Source: Eubacteriales bacterium
Lineage (GTDB): Bacteria > Bacillota > Clostridia > Oscillospirales > CAG-272
DNA length: 64,000 bases
Assembly (NCBI GenBank): GCA_045593725.1
Contig: JAZNXE010000008.1
Location: forward strand, 855 to 64,854
Direction: 5' to 3'
Within the stretch, counting starts at the first letter, position 1. Each line of letters starts with the position of its first letter. The notes under the pieces were generated by a model. That model was not told where the DNA came from, ran no database searches, and saw only the letters and a list, made by a program, of their open reading frames with translations. The position numbers and the translations under genes were made by a program. Below, one piece after another: positions 1 to 10,088 of the stretch.

Positions 1-581
1 GAAGCTCCAACTGTAAACAGCTCTCTAACAGGGAGCTTCCACAGCTTATCCCGTATTTCGTGTTCGAAAAGCGTATGCACCTTATCGGGCTTTTCAAAAT
101 CGCTTGCCATCTTTGCCAAAAGCTTATTTGAGCCTATGCCTATATTAACGGTAAAGCCCAGCTTTTCTTTTATATCTTCACGTATTTTATTAGCGACTGC
201 TAAGGGTTCTGGATATATTCTCTCGGTTCCGCTCATATCAAGAAAGCATTCATCAATAGAATACTTCTCTACAACAGGAGCATATTCACGGCATATATCC
301 ATAAATGCCGCAGAACAGCTCTCATATAACCTGAAATCAGGTCGCACCAGATAAAGCTCCGGACATTTTCTGAGCGCTAATGCTACCGGCTCACCTGTTT
401 TAATTCCGTATTTTTTGGCGGGTATAGATTTAGCTAATATAACTCCCGTTCTCTTATCTCTGTCGCCGCCTACAGCAGATGGGATAAGTCTTATATCCTC
501 CTTTCCCTGACGGACTCGCTTAGCCGCTTCCCACGACAAAAAAGCGCTATTAACGTCAACGTGAAAAATTAAGCGTTTCAA
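1..581 (-). CDS. dinB: Y-family DNA polymerase IV (DinB/ImpB type), N-terminal part; the gene continues beyond the window start
   Basis: Absent from the ORF track because it runs off the edge. My minus-strand translation from TTG at 581 reads LKRLIFHVDVNSAFLSWEAAKRV..GGDRDKRTGVILAKSIPAKKYGIKTGEP..YSIDECFLDMSG..NIGIGSNKLLAKMASDFEKPDKV, which are typical Y-family catalytic-core motifs. RBS AAGAGGTGA lies about 5 nt upstream. Confidence 0.8.
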   Translation of the reverse strand, partial: MKRLIFHVDVNSAFLSWEAAKRVRQGKEDIRLIPSAVGGDRDKRTGVILAKSIPAKKYGIKTGEPVALALRKCPELYLVRPDFRLYESCSAAFMDICREYAPVVEKYSIDECFLDMSGTERIYPEPLAVANKIREDIKEKLGFTVNIGIGSNKLLAKMASDFEKPDKVHTLFEHEIRDKLWKLPVRELFTVGA

Positions 582-642
582 ATCATCACCTCTTGATTAT
601 TTAGTAGGCTTCTCTATGTTCTCCATTGTTTAAATCAATGTG

Positions 643-675
643 ACAAAAAACGAGGTTGCATACGCAACCTCGTTA
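643..675 (-). terminator. Rho-independent terminator downstream of the ABC ATPase gene
   Basis: 11-bp stem AACGAGGTTGC/GCAACCTCGTT (649-659 / 664-674) with loop ATAC, followed on the minus strand by TTTTTTG. Confidence 0.8.
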
Positions 676-684
676 TATTTTACA

Positions 685-1812
685 TTAGTGGAGCACACAA
701 CGCTCTGTATCCTTGTCAAAGATATGGAATCTGGACATATCAACAGCAACCTTGATCTTATCTCCTGCTCTGGACTGAGAACGTGAAGAAACACGAGCGA
801 TAAGAGATGTAGGCTCGTTCTCGGGGTCACCGACCTTAAGATAAAGATATATCTCGGCACCCATAAGCTCTGTAACGTCAACGTTAACCTCAAATGAGTA
901 CTCGGGATTAGCTTTAACCGTAGCTTCAACATCAGAAAGAGCCTCGGGACGAAGACCAACAACAACCTCCTGTCCAATGTAATCAGCAAGCTCGGGAGCG
1001 TTTGCTTTGTCCGCGGGAAGCTTAAGCGATACCTGCTGGAATTCAAAGTAAACACCGTCACCCTTCTTAACAAGCTTTCCGTTGATGAAGTTCATCTGAG
1101 GAGTTCCGATAAAGCCCGCAACGAATATATTGCAAGGAGAATCGTAAAGAACCTGAGGTGTATCAACCTGCTGAATAAGACCGTCCTTCATAACAACGAT
1201 TCTGGTAGCCATGGTCATAGCCTCTACCTGGTCGTGGGTTACATATACGAAGGTAGTTCCAACACGCTTATGAAGCTTTGTAAGCTCGGTTCTCATGGCT
1301 GCACGGAGCTTTGCGTCAAGGTTAGAAAGAGGCTCGTCAAGCAAGAATACCTTGGGTTCACGAACGATAGCTCTACCCAGCGCAACACGCTGCTTCTGAC
1401 CACCTGACAAAGCCTTGGGCTTTCTGTCGAGAAGGTGGCTTATATCAAGTATTCTTGCTGCTTCCTCAACAAGACGCTTGATCTTTTCCTTAGGTACTTT
1501 ATTGAGTTTAAGTCCAAAGGACATATTTTCAAAAACAGACATATGAGGATAAAGAGCGTAGTTCTGGAAAACCATCGCGATCTCTCTGTCCTTAGGTGCT
1601 ACATCGTTAACGAGTCTGTCGCCGATGAAAAGCTCTCCCTCGGATATCTCCTCAAGTCCTGCTATCATACGAAGGGTGGTTGTCTTACCACATCCAGAAG
1701 GACCTACGAGCACAAGAAATTCCTTGTCCTTGACCTCGAGGTTAAAATCCGAAACGGCGGTTACTCCACCGGGATACTTCTTATAAATGTGTCTAAGAGA
1801 TAAGCTTGCCAT
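685..1812 (-). CDS. msmX: Sugar ABC transporter ATP-binding protein, MalK/MsmX/UgpC family; stand-alone, with no adjacent permease genes
   Basis: 375 aa. Walker A GPSGCGKTT, Q-loop, signature LSGGQKQRVALGRA, Walker B FLLDEPLSNLD, and a C-terminal MalK-type regulatory domain. The solitary location is typical of multitask MsmX/MsmK ATPases. Confidence 0.88.
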   Translation of the reverse strand: MASLSLRHIYKKYPGGVTAVSDFNLEVKDKEFLVLVGPSGCGKTTTLRMIAGLEEISEGELFIGDRLVNDVAPKDREIAMVFQNYALYPHMSVFENMSFGLKLNKVPKEKIKRLVEEAARILDISHLLDRKPKALSGGQKQRVALGRAIVREPKVFLLDEPLSNLDAKLRAAMRTELTKLHKRVGTTFVYVTHDQVEAMTMATRIVVMKDGLIQQVDTPQVLYDSPCNIFVAGFIGTPQMNFINGKLVKKGDGVYFEFQQVSLKLPADKANAPELADYIGQEVVVGLRPEALSDVEATVKANPEYSFEVNVDVTELMGAEIYLYLKVGDPENEPTSLIARVSSRSQSRAGDKIKVAVDMSRFHIFDKDTERCVLH

Positions 1813-1990
1813 ATTTTTGAGCCTCCTGAAATTATTACGAAGTTAGGTAATAATACTTGTCTATATACCGTATTATATTATACCAAATTTTTACGAAAAA
1901 TGGAAGCGGATAAATCCCCAAAATTTCATCTTTTTATTTGTGCAAAATAGACAAAATTCCTATAAAAAGCCGTATTTGAGGTCTTTTTTG

Positions 1991-4156
1991 TTAACATTGC
2001 TTTCCTTTTTTCATTGAAAGTGCTATTCTCTTTTTCTTTATATCCACAGAAAGAACACGCACCTCTACCCTATCTCCTACCGATACTATCTCGGACGGAT
2101 GCTTTACAAATCGGTCGGCAAGCTCAGAGATATGAACAAGTCCGTCCTGATGTACTCCAATATCAACGAATGCGCCGAAATCAATTACGTTTCTTACAGT
2201 TCCCTGAAGGACCATATCGGGCTTAAGGTCCTCAATGCCCATTACGTCCTGACGGAGCATAGGCGGCTCAAGGCTATCTCTTATATCTCTTCCCGGCTTA
2301 AGAAGCTCTGAAACTATATCATGCAGAGTAGGCGCGCCAACCCCGCATTCCTCGCATACCCTTGCGCTTCCGTATGCCTTTATTTTTTCGGGTAGCTCAG
2401 CAAGCTTTCCTTCTGCTACATCCTTTTCCGAGTACCCAAACATAGTCAGCAGCTTATGCGCCGCCTCGTAGGATTCGGGGTGTACGCCAGTATTATCCAG
2501 AATCTCCTTGGAGTGAGGGACGCGCAAAAATCCCGCGCACTGCTCAAAGGCCTTTGCTCCTATTCTCGGCACCTTAAGGATAGCGTTTCTTGATTTGAAC
2601 TCTCCGTTCTCTTCTCTGTATTTTACAATATTCTTTGCGCTGGTCATATTTATTCCCGAAATGTAAGACAGCAAGGAATAGGATGCAGTATTGAGGTCAA
2701 CTCCTACCGAGTTTACGCAATCCTCAACAACACCCTGCAAGGCTCCGTCAAGCCTTGCGGGCTTCATATCGTGCTGATACTGCCCCACGCCGATAGACTT
2801 AGGGTCTATTTTTACAAGCTCCGCAAGGGGGTCCTGCAATCGTCTTGCTATGGATACTGCTGAACGTTGCATTACGTCGAACTCGGGGAATTCTTCAGCG
2901 GCGAGCTTGGAAGCCGAATAAACAGATGCTCCCGCCTCGCTTATAATAATATATTTACAGTCGTAATTAACGTCCTTGAGGGTATCAGCTATAAATATCT
3001 CGCTCTCTCTGGATGCTGTTCCGTTTCCGATAGCTACAACGTCCACGTGATACTTTTCTACCATATTCTTTATGATTTTTGCCGCTTCCTCGGTCTTGAA
3101 CCTCGACTTTGTAGTGGGATATACCACAGCCGTATCAAGCACCTTTCCTGTCTTGTCCACCACGGCGGTCTTGCATCCGTTTATATATCCGGGGTCGAAG
3201 CCAAGCACCGTTTTCCCCTTAAGAGGAGATTGCATAAGCAAATGCTTAAGGTTATCGGCAAAGAGCTTTATCGCGCCCTCACTTGCGGTGTCAAAAAGGT
3301 CGTTGCGTACCTCTCTTTCTATTGAGGGGGCAATAAGTCTGTCATAGCTGTCTATAACGGCTGCCTCAACGTATTTCGAGGCAGGGCTTCTAAGATTTGT
3401 TATCATCTCTGTGCAAAGATAATTAAGGATAATTCCCTTTTCAACGCTTACGCTTACCTTAAGTATCTCTTCCTTCTCCCCGCGGTTTATGGCAAGAACT
3501 CTGTGGGCGGGAATTTTGGAAATAAGCTCCGAATGGTCGTAATACATTGAATATACAGTATCCTCTTCGGTATTGCTTTTTGTGGTTATAAAGCCCGTAT
3601 CAAAGGTTATCTTTCTTACCGTCTTACGGAAATCGGCATTATCCGATATGCTTTCCGCTATAATATCACAAGCTCCCGTGATAGCATCCTTCGCACTTTC
3701 TACCTGCTTCTCCTCGCTAACAAAGCTCTCGGCTTGCTCCTCAATAGAAGGTATATAAGAGTCCTCCTGAGCCAAAATAAGCTCCGCTAAAGGCTCAAGA
3801 CCCTTCTCTCGCGCCACCGACGCTCTGGTCTTTCTATGAGGGCGGAAGGGACGGTAAATGTCATCTACCTCGGTTATGGTCTGAGCCTTGTCAATAGCAT
3901 CTGCTATTTCGTCGGTCATCTTTCCCATCTCGGTTATAAGATTTCTTACCTCTTCCTTTCTCTTCTCTATGTTACGCAGATAAGTAAGTCTGTCATCAAG
4001 TTCGCGGAGTATGTTGTCGTCAAGGCTTCCCGTTTCCTCCTTGCGGTAGCGGGCAATAAACGGAATAGTATTTCCGTCGTCAATAAGAGCAACCGTTTTC
4101 TCTACTTGCTCCTGCTTTATATTAAATTCCTCTGCTAATCTTTTAATAATGTCCAT
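1991..4156 (-). CDS. tex: Tex-like transcription accessory protein (YqgF/RuvC-like fold, HhH and C-terminal S1 domain)
   Basis: 721 aa. N-terminus ...VEKTVALIDDGNTIPFIARYRKEETG and C-terminal S1 domain GTVRNVIDFGAFVDIGVHQDGLVHISEL. Confidence 0.93.
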   Translation of the reverse strand: MDIIKRLAEEFNIKQEQVEKTVALIDDGNTIPFIARYRKEETGSLDDNILRELDDRLTYLRNIEKRKEEVRNLITEMGKMTDEIADAIDKAQTITEVDDIYRPFRPHRKTRASVAREKGLEPLAELILAQEDSYIPSIEEQAESFVSEEKQVESAKDAITGACDIIAESISDNADFRKTVRKITFDTGFITTKSNTEEDTVYSMYYDHSELISKIPAHRVLAINRGEKEEILKVSVSVEKGIILNYLCTEMITNLRSPASKYVEAAVIDSYDRLIAPSIEREVRNDLFDTASEGAIKLFADNLKHLLMQSPLKGKTVLGFDPGYINGCKTAVVDKTGKVLDTAVVYPTTKSRFKTEEAAKIIKNMVEKYHVDVVAIGNGTASRESEIFIADTLKDVNYDCKYIIISEAGASVYSASKLAAEEFPEFDVMQRSAVSIARRLQDPLAELVKIDPKSIGVGQYQHDMKPARLDGALQGVVEDCVNSVGVDLNTASYSLLSYISGINMTSAKNIVKYREENGEFKSRNAILKVPRIGAKAFEQCAGFLRVPHSKEILDNTGVHPESYEAAHKLLTMFGYSEKDVAEGKLAELPEKIKAYGSARVCEECGVGAPTLHDIVSELLKPGRDIRDSLEPPMLRQDVMGIEDLKPDMVLQGTVRNVIDFGAFVDIGVHQDGLVHISELADRFVKHPSEIVSVGDRVEVRVLSVDIKKKRIALSMKKGKQC

Positions 4157-4170
4157 AGATAAATCTCCGT

Positions 4171-4899
4171 TTATAAGCTTTCTTTAATCGTTTGTCTGTG
4201 CGCCTTTAGGGCGTTTATCTCATCCTCGGTAAGATATCTCCACTGTCCTCTCTCAAGCGTACCGTCAAGAGTGAGAGGCCCGAAGGTAATCCTTTCAAGA
4301 TAGGTTATTTTATTATTCAAGGAAGCAAGCATCCGCTTTATCTGGTGATATTTTCCCTCTGTAAGAGTTATAATACCCTCGCTTCCATCGCCGTAAAGCT
4401 CTATATGAGCGGGTAGGGTTTCGTAGCCGTCATCAAGTACAAGCCCGTTCTCAAAGCGTTTTGCCTCCTCTGGAGTCAATGGATGCTCTGCTTTAAAGCT
4501 ATATTTTTTACTCACATGGCTTTTAGGCGAGAGCAGCTCGTGAGCCAGCTCTCCGTTATCGGTAAGCAAAACCAGCCCAAGAGTGTTCTTATCAAGCCTT
4601 CCGCAAGGAAACATTCTGTCGTTTCTGACATCGGGTGGAAGAAGGTCAAGCACGGTTACGTCACGTCCGTCCTCGGTGGCACTTACCACTCCCTCGGGCT
4701 TGTTGAGCATAATATAGTTATATTCTCTGTAAATGACCTCTTTGCCGAAATAAGCAATAATATCGGTATTGGGGTCCACCTGCATATCCCCGCTTTTTGC
4801 CACGCTTCCGTTTACCGTAACGCTTCTGCCGCGGATTGCCTTCTTAGCGTCCGACCTTGAGCAGCAACCGCACAGCCCCAAAAATTTATCAAGCCTCAT
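4171..4899 (-). CDS. rsuA: Pseudouridine synthase, RsuA/RluB family (S4 domain plus catalytic domain)
   Basis: 242 aa. MRLDKFL..S4 domain, YIMLNKPEGVV, and catalytic-Asp motif GRLDKNTLGLVLLTDNGEL. RBS AAGAGGT. Confidence 0.88.
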   Translation of the reverse strand: MRLDKFLGLCGCCSRSDAKKAIRGRSVTVNGSVAKSGDMQVDPNTDIIAYFGKEVIYREYNYIMLNKPEGVVSATEDGRDVTVLDLLPPDVRNDRMFPCGRLDKNTLGLVLLTDNGELAHELLSPKSHVSKKYSFKAEHPLTPEEAKRFENGLVLDDGYETLPAHIELYGDGSEGIITLTEGKYHQIKRMLASLNNKITYLERITFGPLTLDGTLERGQWRYLTEDEINALKAHRQTIKESL

Positions 4900-4908
4900 T
4901 TTTACCTC

Positions 4909-5016
4909 TTATAGAAATATCCAGAATGCTGTCAGCATAATAAGCGCAATCGCGCCAACAACGTAAAGTCCCACGAAAAAGCCCTTAAAAAAGTCTTTTC
5001 TTTTATTTTCTTTCAT
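4909..5016 (-). CDS. Candidate 35-aa small hydrophobic membrane protein (below the ORF-track size cutoff)
   Basis: My translation is MKENKRKDFFKGFFVGLYVVGAIALIMLTAFWIFL. RBS GAGGAGGTG lies 6 nt upstream of the ATG. Its TAA stop overlaps the RBS of rsuA. Confidence 0.4.
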   Translation of the reverse strand: MKENKRKDFFKGFFVGLYVVGAIALIMLTAFWIFL

Positions 5017-5041
5017 AGTAACACCTCCTCGGTGTTAGCAT

Positions 5042-5959
5042 TTACATCTGTTTTTCCAAGTATTCGGTGTCCCTGCCTTTTTTACTCTTAATTCTGACCT
5101 GAGTACAGAGGATTCCCAAAAACATAAACGCGCAGCCCAAATATCCTATGGCCGATATGGAATCTATGCCAAAGATAGCTCCGCCAATGGCGCTGAACGC
5201 CGATTCGGTAGATAGGATTATGACAGCGTAGGTAGGGTCTGCCTTCTTCTGTCCAACTACCTGTAGGGTATAAGCGCATCCGCTGGAAAGAACTCCGCAA
5301 TAAAGTAGCGCCCATTTTGCGTCAAGCAGAGCTTGTACACTCACGTCCTCAAAGGCAAAGGCGCATATCATTCCCAAAACCGCGCATACGGCAAACTGCC
5401 CCCACGAATAGTGCAGAGAGCGCAGCCTTTTGCCAAAATGCTCGATAAGCATTACGTGGGCGGTCCAGAAAAACGAACCAAAAAGCAACAGTAGCTCACC
5501 AAGTCCAAAGGCAATGCCCTCTCCGGGCTTATAGCAAAGCAAAAACAGTCCGACAAAGGCAAACAGCGCGCCTATCCATACCTGTATTCCTGTCTTCTTT
5601 TTAAAAAGCACCAGATATACGAAGGGCACGAATATCATATAAAGTCCTGTTATAAAGCCCGATATACCCGCGCTGGCTGTTATCTCGATACCGAACTGCT
5701 GAAGGGTTATGGCGCAAAACAGCACGATTCCCGTTATTACAGATGCTTTTACTGTCAGCCTTCTTTCTGCTCTGTCGGTCCTTCCCCGCTCAAACAGTAA
5801 GACCACAGGCAAAAGTGATATTATTCCTATGGTAAACCTGAAGCCTATCATAGTAAAAGAGCCTATATACTTAGTACCCTCCACCTGCGCAACAAAGGCA
5901 AAGCCCCATATTATTGCCGCCAAAAGGAGGGCGGTGTTTGACGTCCATTTGCTTTTCAT
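5042..5959 (-). CDS. DMT-superfamily transporter (EamA family, 10 TM)
   Basis: 305 aa, polytopic, with two EamA-like halves (ALLLAAIIWGFAFVA...). Confidence 0.8.
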   Translation of the reverse strand: MKSKWTSNTALLLAAIIWGFAFVAQVEGTKYIGSFTMIGFRFTIGIISLLPVVLLFERGRTDRAERRLTVKASVITGIVLFCAITLQQFGIEITASAGISGFITGLYMIFVPFVYLVLFKKKTGIQVWIGALFAFVGLFLLCYKPGEGIAFGLGELLLLFGSFFWTAHVMLIEHFGKRLRSLHYSWGQFAVCAVLGMICAFAFEDVSVQALLDAKWALLYCGVLSSGCAYTLQVVGQKKADPTYAVIILSTESAFSAIGGAIFGIDSISAIGYLGCAFMFLGILCTQVRIKSKKGRDTEYLEKQM

Positions 5960-6696
5960 TCTTCGGTCTTATCTCCGTCTGTATCAAGCACAGCAAAAGC
6001 CTTAAAGGCTTCTATCTCTTTGTCGTAATCCTCTTCCTTTTGCAAATAACGCTTAACGTGTAAGCACAGCACCGTGTCGGCGGGAAGCACCTGAAGCGCG
6101 GGATTTGTATTATATATCTCGGTATCTCCAAGTTTTATTCCAAATCTGCTTACTGCTCCCTCGGGAGTATAACCCAATATTTCGCTTAAGTCGCAAAGTC
6201 TTTTAGAGTCGGCGTTACCGCCAAGCATGCTAAAGAGATATGGGTCTAAAAGCAGTATGGAGCTTTTATCGGTAGCAAGTAATGAGTCAAAGGTCTCCTG
6301 CTGTTCAACGATAAAGGCGCGGTCTATGTAAACCTTTGAGCCATCGGGATTTACTCCCTTCTCAGCCTCTTTTATCTGTTCCTCGGACATAATAAGATAG
6401 CTCAGGGCATTTGCGACCGCGCCATCTCCGAAGCTATCCCTAGGAAGCTCTTTAGATAATACTGTCCTTATATTAGCTGTTTTCTCCCCATCCAAATATA
6501 CAGGTCCTGCATAGGTAACCGTAATATCGCTCTTTTCCTTTGTACAGCTTTGCGCGATGCAGATAACTGCCACTATCAAAAGAAATGCCGCTACTATGGT
6601 ATGCCATTTATAGTGATACCAAAAATTATCGAGCCAGGTTAAAAACCTGCCCTTTTCAATTACTATACCTTCGGTATATTGCTTTTCTTCTCTCAT
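5956..6696 (-). CDS. Hypothetical membrane-anchored protein (single N-terminal TM, extracytoplasmic domain)
   Basis: 246 aa with TM HTIVAAFLLIVAVICIAQSC. A 4-bp ATGA overlap with the EamA gene suggests translational coupling. I recognise no family. Confidence 0.6.
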   Translation of the reverse strand: MREEKQYTEGIVIEKGRFLTWLDNFWYHYKWHTIVAAFLLIVAVICIAQSCTKEKSDITVTYAGPVYLDGEKTANIRTVLSKELPRDSFGDGAVANALSYLIMSEEQIKEAEKGVNPDGSKVYIDRAFIVEQQETFDSLLATDKSSILLLDPYLFSMLGGNADSKRLCDLSEILGYTPEGAVSRFGIKLGDTEIYNTNPALQVLPADTVLCLHVKRYLQKEEDYDKEIEAFKAFAVLDTDGDKTEE

Positions 6697-6765
6697 TTTT
6701 CAATTCCTCAAAACGCAACGTAGGGCTGTCACTAAAAGCGCGACAGTCCTACAATGTCTTATTTC

Positions 6766-7233
6766 TTAAGCTTTAAAAACGTCCAAAATCTTTATTTCAA
6801 CTACCTTGCCCTTGTTGGTGGTAGCCTGTACAACGTCGCCCTTCTTCTTGCCTATAAGAGCCGCGCCCACCGCCGAGCGGTCTGAAATCTTGTTTTCAAA
6901 GGGGTCTGCCTCGTTAGAGCCTACTATCTTGTACTCGCACTCTACGCCGTCACGGGTTATCCTTACGCCCGATCCAAGACCTACTGTGCCATTGTCGCTT
7001 TCTTCAACAACGATTGCGTGCTGGATAAGCTCCTCAAGCTCTTTTATTCTTGTAAAGCACTTGGTCTGCTCATTCTTTGCCGCGTCGTACTCAGCGTTCT
7101 CCGAAAGGTCACCAAAGGAGCGCGCCTCTGCTATCGCTACCTTTATCTCTTCCATTCTCACCTTTGTAAGGTACTCGTACTCCTCCTGAAGCTTCTTAAA
7201 GCCTTCTTTTGTATATTTCTGTTCTGCTGCCAT
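6766..7233 (-). CDS. greA: Transcription elongation factor GreA
   Basis: 155 aa. The motif ARSFGDLSENAEYDAAKNEQ is diagnostic of the GreA coiled-coil tip. Confidence 0.93.
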   Translation of the reverse strand: MAAEQKYTKEGFKKLQEEYEYLTKVRMEEIKVAIAEARSFGDLSENAEYDAAKNEQTKCFTRIKELEELIQHAIVVEESDNGTVGLGSGVRITRDGVECEYKIVGSNEADPFENKISDRSAVGAALIGKKKGDVVQATTNKGKVVEIKILDVFKA

Positions 7234-7252
7234 TTTTTATGCTCCTTTGCTG

Positions 7253-8716
7253 TTATTTAAAATGTTTTATTGCTTCTTGCAATTGATTGTCTTTTTCGTC
7301 GGGGAGTTCATAAATATTATACTCTGCCGCTTCCTTGCTCAGCTCTATCGGATAGTCAGGCTCTATTCCTATTCCGTCATATCCCTCGCTTTTTGCCGAG
7401 TAATACATATGAGTGGTAAACTTGACTGCGCCCTTTAGTCCAAATGGAGCGAGAGTATAGGTGGTTTGCATCTTACCCTTTCCGAAGGTAGTAGTTCCAA
7501 TTATAGCGCCAAGCCCGTAATCCCTGAAGGTAGCCGTAAACAGCTCTCCCGCGCTTGCGGTATTCTCATTACAAAGCACCACCATATTAAGGTCTTTATA
7601 TTTTCCAATATCCTCCTTGGATACGTTGCAGGTGGCGTAATCGCCCTCAAGGTCGGATACCACTCCAACCTTTTTTTCGCTTATCGCTCCGCTATTATTT
7701 TTGGTACGTATATACACGTCACCCTCGTCAAGAAAATAACTGAGCACAGCCGCTACGGATATCTCGTATCCGCCGGGATTGTACCGTACGTCTATAACGA
7801 ATTTGTCGCATCCCTGCTTTTTCAGTTCTTCAACAGCATCACAAAACTGGACGGGAGTTTTAAGCTCAAAGCCCGTTATTTTTATTATGCCTATCTTACT
7901 GTTAAGCTCGGATACTCTGGAATATACAGACTCGGTAGTCACCTGACGGCGTGTTACCTTAAATTCCTTTTCCTCGTAGGTATCTCCGTTTTTTCTAAAG
8001 ACAGTAAATTCTGCTTTGGTATTTTCCTCGCCCTTTAGCTTGCGGAGAATCTCGTCATATCCGCCTAACTGCTCTATCGACTGCCGAGCTTCCCCAATAC
8101 CCGCATAGGCTATCATATCACCCGCGCGAAGTCCCTCCTCCTGTGCGGGAGAACCCTTCATCACGTTGATTATCTTCAGCACAGAGTATTCCTTGCCTTG
8201 AACTGTCACCTTGGAATTTATTACGTTCACGCCTATGCCGTACATTCTTCCCGCGCCCTCGTCGTTAGAAGCGTCAAGCTCCTCCTGAGTATAATACGCG
8301 GCGTAGATATCTCCTGTGGCGGCAAGATATGCCTTCAGGGACTCCTCGGTAAGCTTATCCTTATCTATATCTCCGTAGAAATAGTTTTCAAGCAAAAGGT
8401 CTATTATATCTACTTCGGATAATCCCGATTGGGAGCTTCCGTTGTGAGCGTTATCCTTATATATATCAGACAGTTGCTTTTGATAAAGACTGCTGCATAT
8501 AGTGTAGGTAAGCATAAAGGTTGCCAGAATAATGGCAATACCCGAAAGTATGCAGCTGCTTAGTGAAAGCTTTATTTTTTTCTTGGTTTTCTCCTGAACC
8601 TCTAATGTCGGTTCACTTATTATCTGCTCTACCGAATTATCGACAATATTCTCGCCAATACTCTCTTCTGCCTGACCGTTATCTGTGTTTTCTAAATTTT
8701 TATTCTCTTCTGACAT
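7253..8716 (-). CDS. S41-family C-terminal processing peptidase (PDZ domain), membrane-anchored
   Basis: 487 aa. PDZ GSPAQEEGLRAGDMI, S41 core VIDVRYNPGGY and NENTASAGELF. One N-terminal TM. Confidence 0.85.
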   Translation of the reverse strand: MSEENKNLENTDNGQAEESIGENIVDNSVEQIISEPTLEVQEKTKKKIKLSLSSCILSGIAIILATFMLTYTICSSLYQKQLSDIYKDNAHNGSSQSGLSEVDIIDLLLENYFYGDIDKDKLTEESLKAYLAATGDIYAAYYTQEELDASNDEGAGRMYGIGVNVINSKVTVQGKEYSVLKIINVMKGSPAQEEGLRAGDMIAYAGIGEARQSIEQLGGYDEILRKLKGEENTKAEFTVFRKNGDTYEEKEFKVTRRQVTTESVYSRVSELNSKIGIIKITGFELKTPVQFCDAVEELKKQGCDKFVIDVRYNPGGYEISVAAVLSYFLDEGDVYIRTKNNSGAISEKKVGVVSDLEGDYATCNVSKEDIGKYKDLNMVVLCNENTASAGELFTATFRDYGLGAIIGTTTFGKGKMQTTYTLAPFGLKGAVKFTTHMYYSAKSEGYDGIGIEPDYPIELSKEAAEYNIYELPDEKDNQLQEAIKHFK

Positions 8717-8860
8717 TCAGAGTCTTCCCCGTTTCTTCTGATTTTTCAAGGGTGAAATATAACTTTGAAGTCTTAAAAAGCAGCCATATTCAATTCAAAT
8801 GCGAAATACTCACAAGGGAGCATTTCGCAATGAAATTATATGCTTTTTCTGTGCAGACTA

Positions 8861-9946
8861 TTAAAACTTTACCGTCTTGGAATCGAGATATTTTCTTACC
8901 ATCAAAGCTACCTTAAAGGTGATGGCATGTTCAAACTCCCTCAGGTCAAGTCCTGTGAGCTTGCGTATCTTTTCAAGTCTATATACAAGTGTGTTTCTGT
9001 GTACGAACAGCTTTCTTGACGTTTCGGAAACGTTGAGGTTGTTCTCAAAGAAGCACTGAATAGTCATCAGCGTTTCACGGTCCAAGGATTCAAGGCTTCC
9101 CTTCTTGAATACCTCCTGCAAGAACATTTCACAAAGGGTGGTTGGAAGCTGATATATAAGTCTGCCGATACCAAGATTTTCATAGCTGATTATGTTCTTC
9201 TCGGTTTCAAATACCTTTCCTACCTCAAGAGCTACCTGAGCCTCCTGATATGCCTTGGCAAGGTCCTTGATATTCTCTACGATAGTAGATATACCGATAG
9301 CCACCTTAGTATAGAATTCAGTAGAGAGTGTGTCGGCAATGTTTACCGCCATCTTCTCTATCTCTCTCATTTCCGTGCCGGGCTTAAGCTCCTTAACGAG
9401 AACTATATCGTGCTCACCTACGCTGATAACGTAGTCACGGGACTTGTCCGGAAACATATTCTGGAGCATCTCAAAGGGGAGCATATCGGTCTTACCGAAA
9501 AATTTGATAAGGAATACTATTCTTGGCTCCTCGATATTAAAATGAAGCTCCTTGGATTTTATGTATATATCGCTTGGAAGTATGTTGTCGATGATTATAT
9601 TTTTAATAAACGAACCCTTGTCGTACTTTTCGTCATAAAGGCTCTTTATGTTGCCAAGAGAAACAGCAAGAAGCTTTGACATCTTCTCGGCAATCTTATC
9701 CTCACCCTCAATAAATACGATATATTCGCTCTTCTGTCCCGTACCCATATAGCGGTATGTATATCCATCAAGAGCCATTACCTCGTTTGCGAAGGGCATT
9801 CCTTCAACCACTCCCTCGCGAACCGAGCCCATCTTACCCAAATCGGAACACGCTATGACCACTCCGTTTTCGTCTATAACGCCTGTTGTGCGGTCAAAGG
9901 CATCCTTCATCTGATATATAACACCTTGGAATAATCTGTTCGACAT
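8861..9946 (-). CDS. PucR/CdaR-family transcriptional regulator
   Basis: 361 aa. C-terminal PucR-type HTH: LNVSETSRKLFVHRNTLVYRLEKIRKLTGLDLREFEH. Confidence 0.8.
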   Translation of the reverse strand: MSNRLFQGVIYQMKDAFDRTTGVIDENGVVIACSDLGKMGSVREGVVEGMPFANEVMALDGYTYRYMGTGQKSEYIVFIEGEDKIAEKMSKLLAVSLGNIKSLYDEKYDKGSFIKNIIIDNILPSDIYIKSKELHFNIEEPRIVFLIKFFGKTDMLPFEMLQNMFPDKSRDYVISVGEHDIVLVKELKPGTEMREIEKMAVNIADTLSTEFYTKVAIGISTIVENIKDLAKAYQEAQVALEVGKVFETEKNIISYENLGIGRLIYQLPTTLCEMFLQEVFKKGSLESLDRETLMTIQCFFENNLNVSETSRKLFVHRNTLVYRLEKIRKLTGLDLREFEHAITFKVALMVRKYLDSKTVKF

Positions 9947-10088
9947 ATCTTAAACCTCTTATAAACGTATTAAAAAATCAATTGTACATACTGACCTATA
10001 TTATACACCTTTTTTTGTGATTTTTCAATAGCGTTTTAAATATTTTTTATAAAAATTTTAAAAAAATTGTTAATAATGTGTAAAAACA

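Noticed and set aside
598-625. Possible LexA (Cheo-type) box upstream of dinB (GCTTCTCTATGTTCT)
   Set aside because: Only the GTTC half-site matches CGAAC-N4-GTTCG. The other half has two of four mismatches. This is too weak to call without a matrix scan.
630-1073. 147-aa minus-strand ORF overlapping msmX in another frame
   Set aside because: It is an out-of-frame overlap with a well-supported ABC ATPase gene and runs through the terminator at 643-675. It is a spurious ORF.
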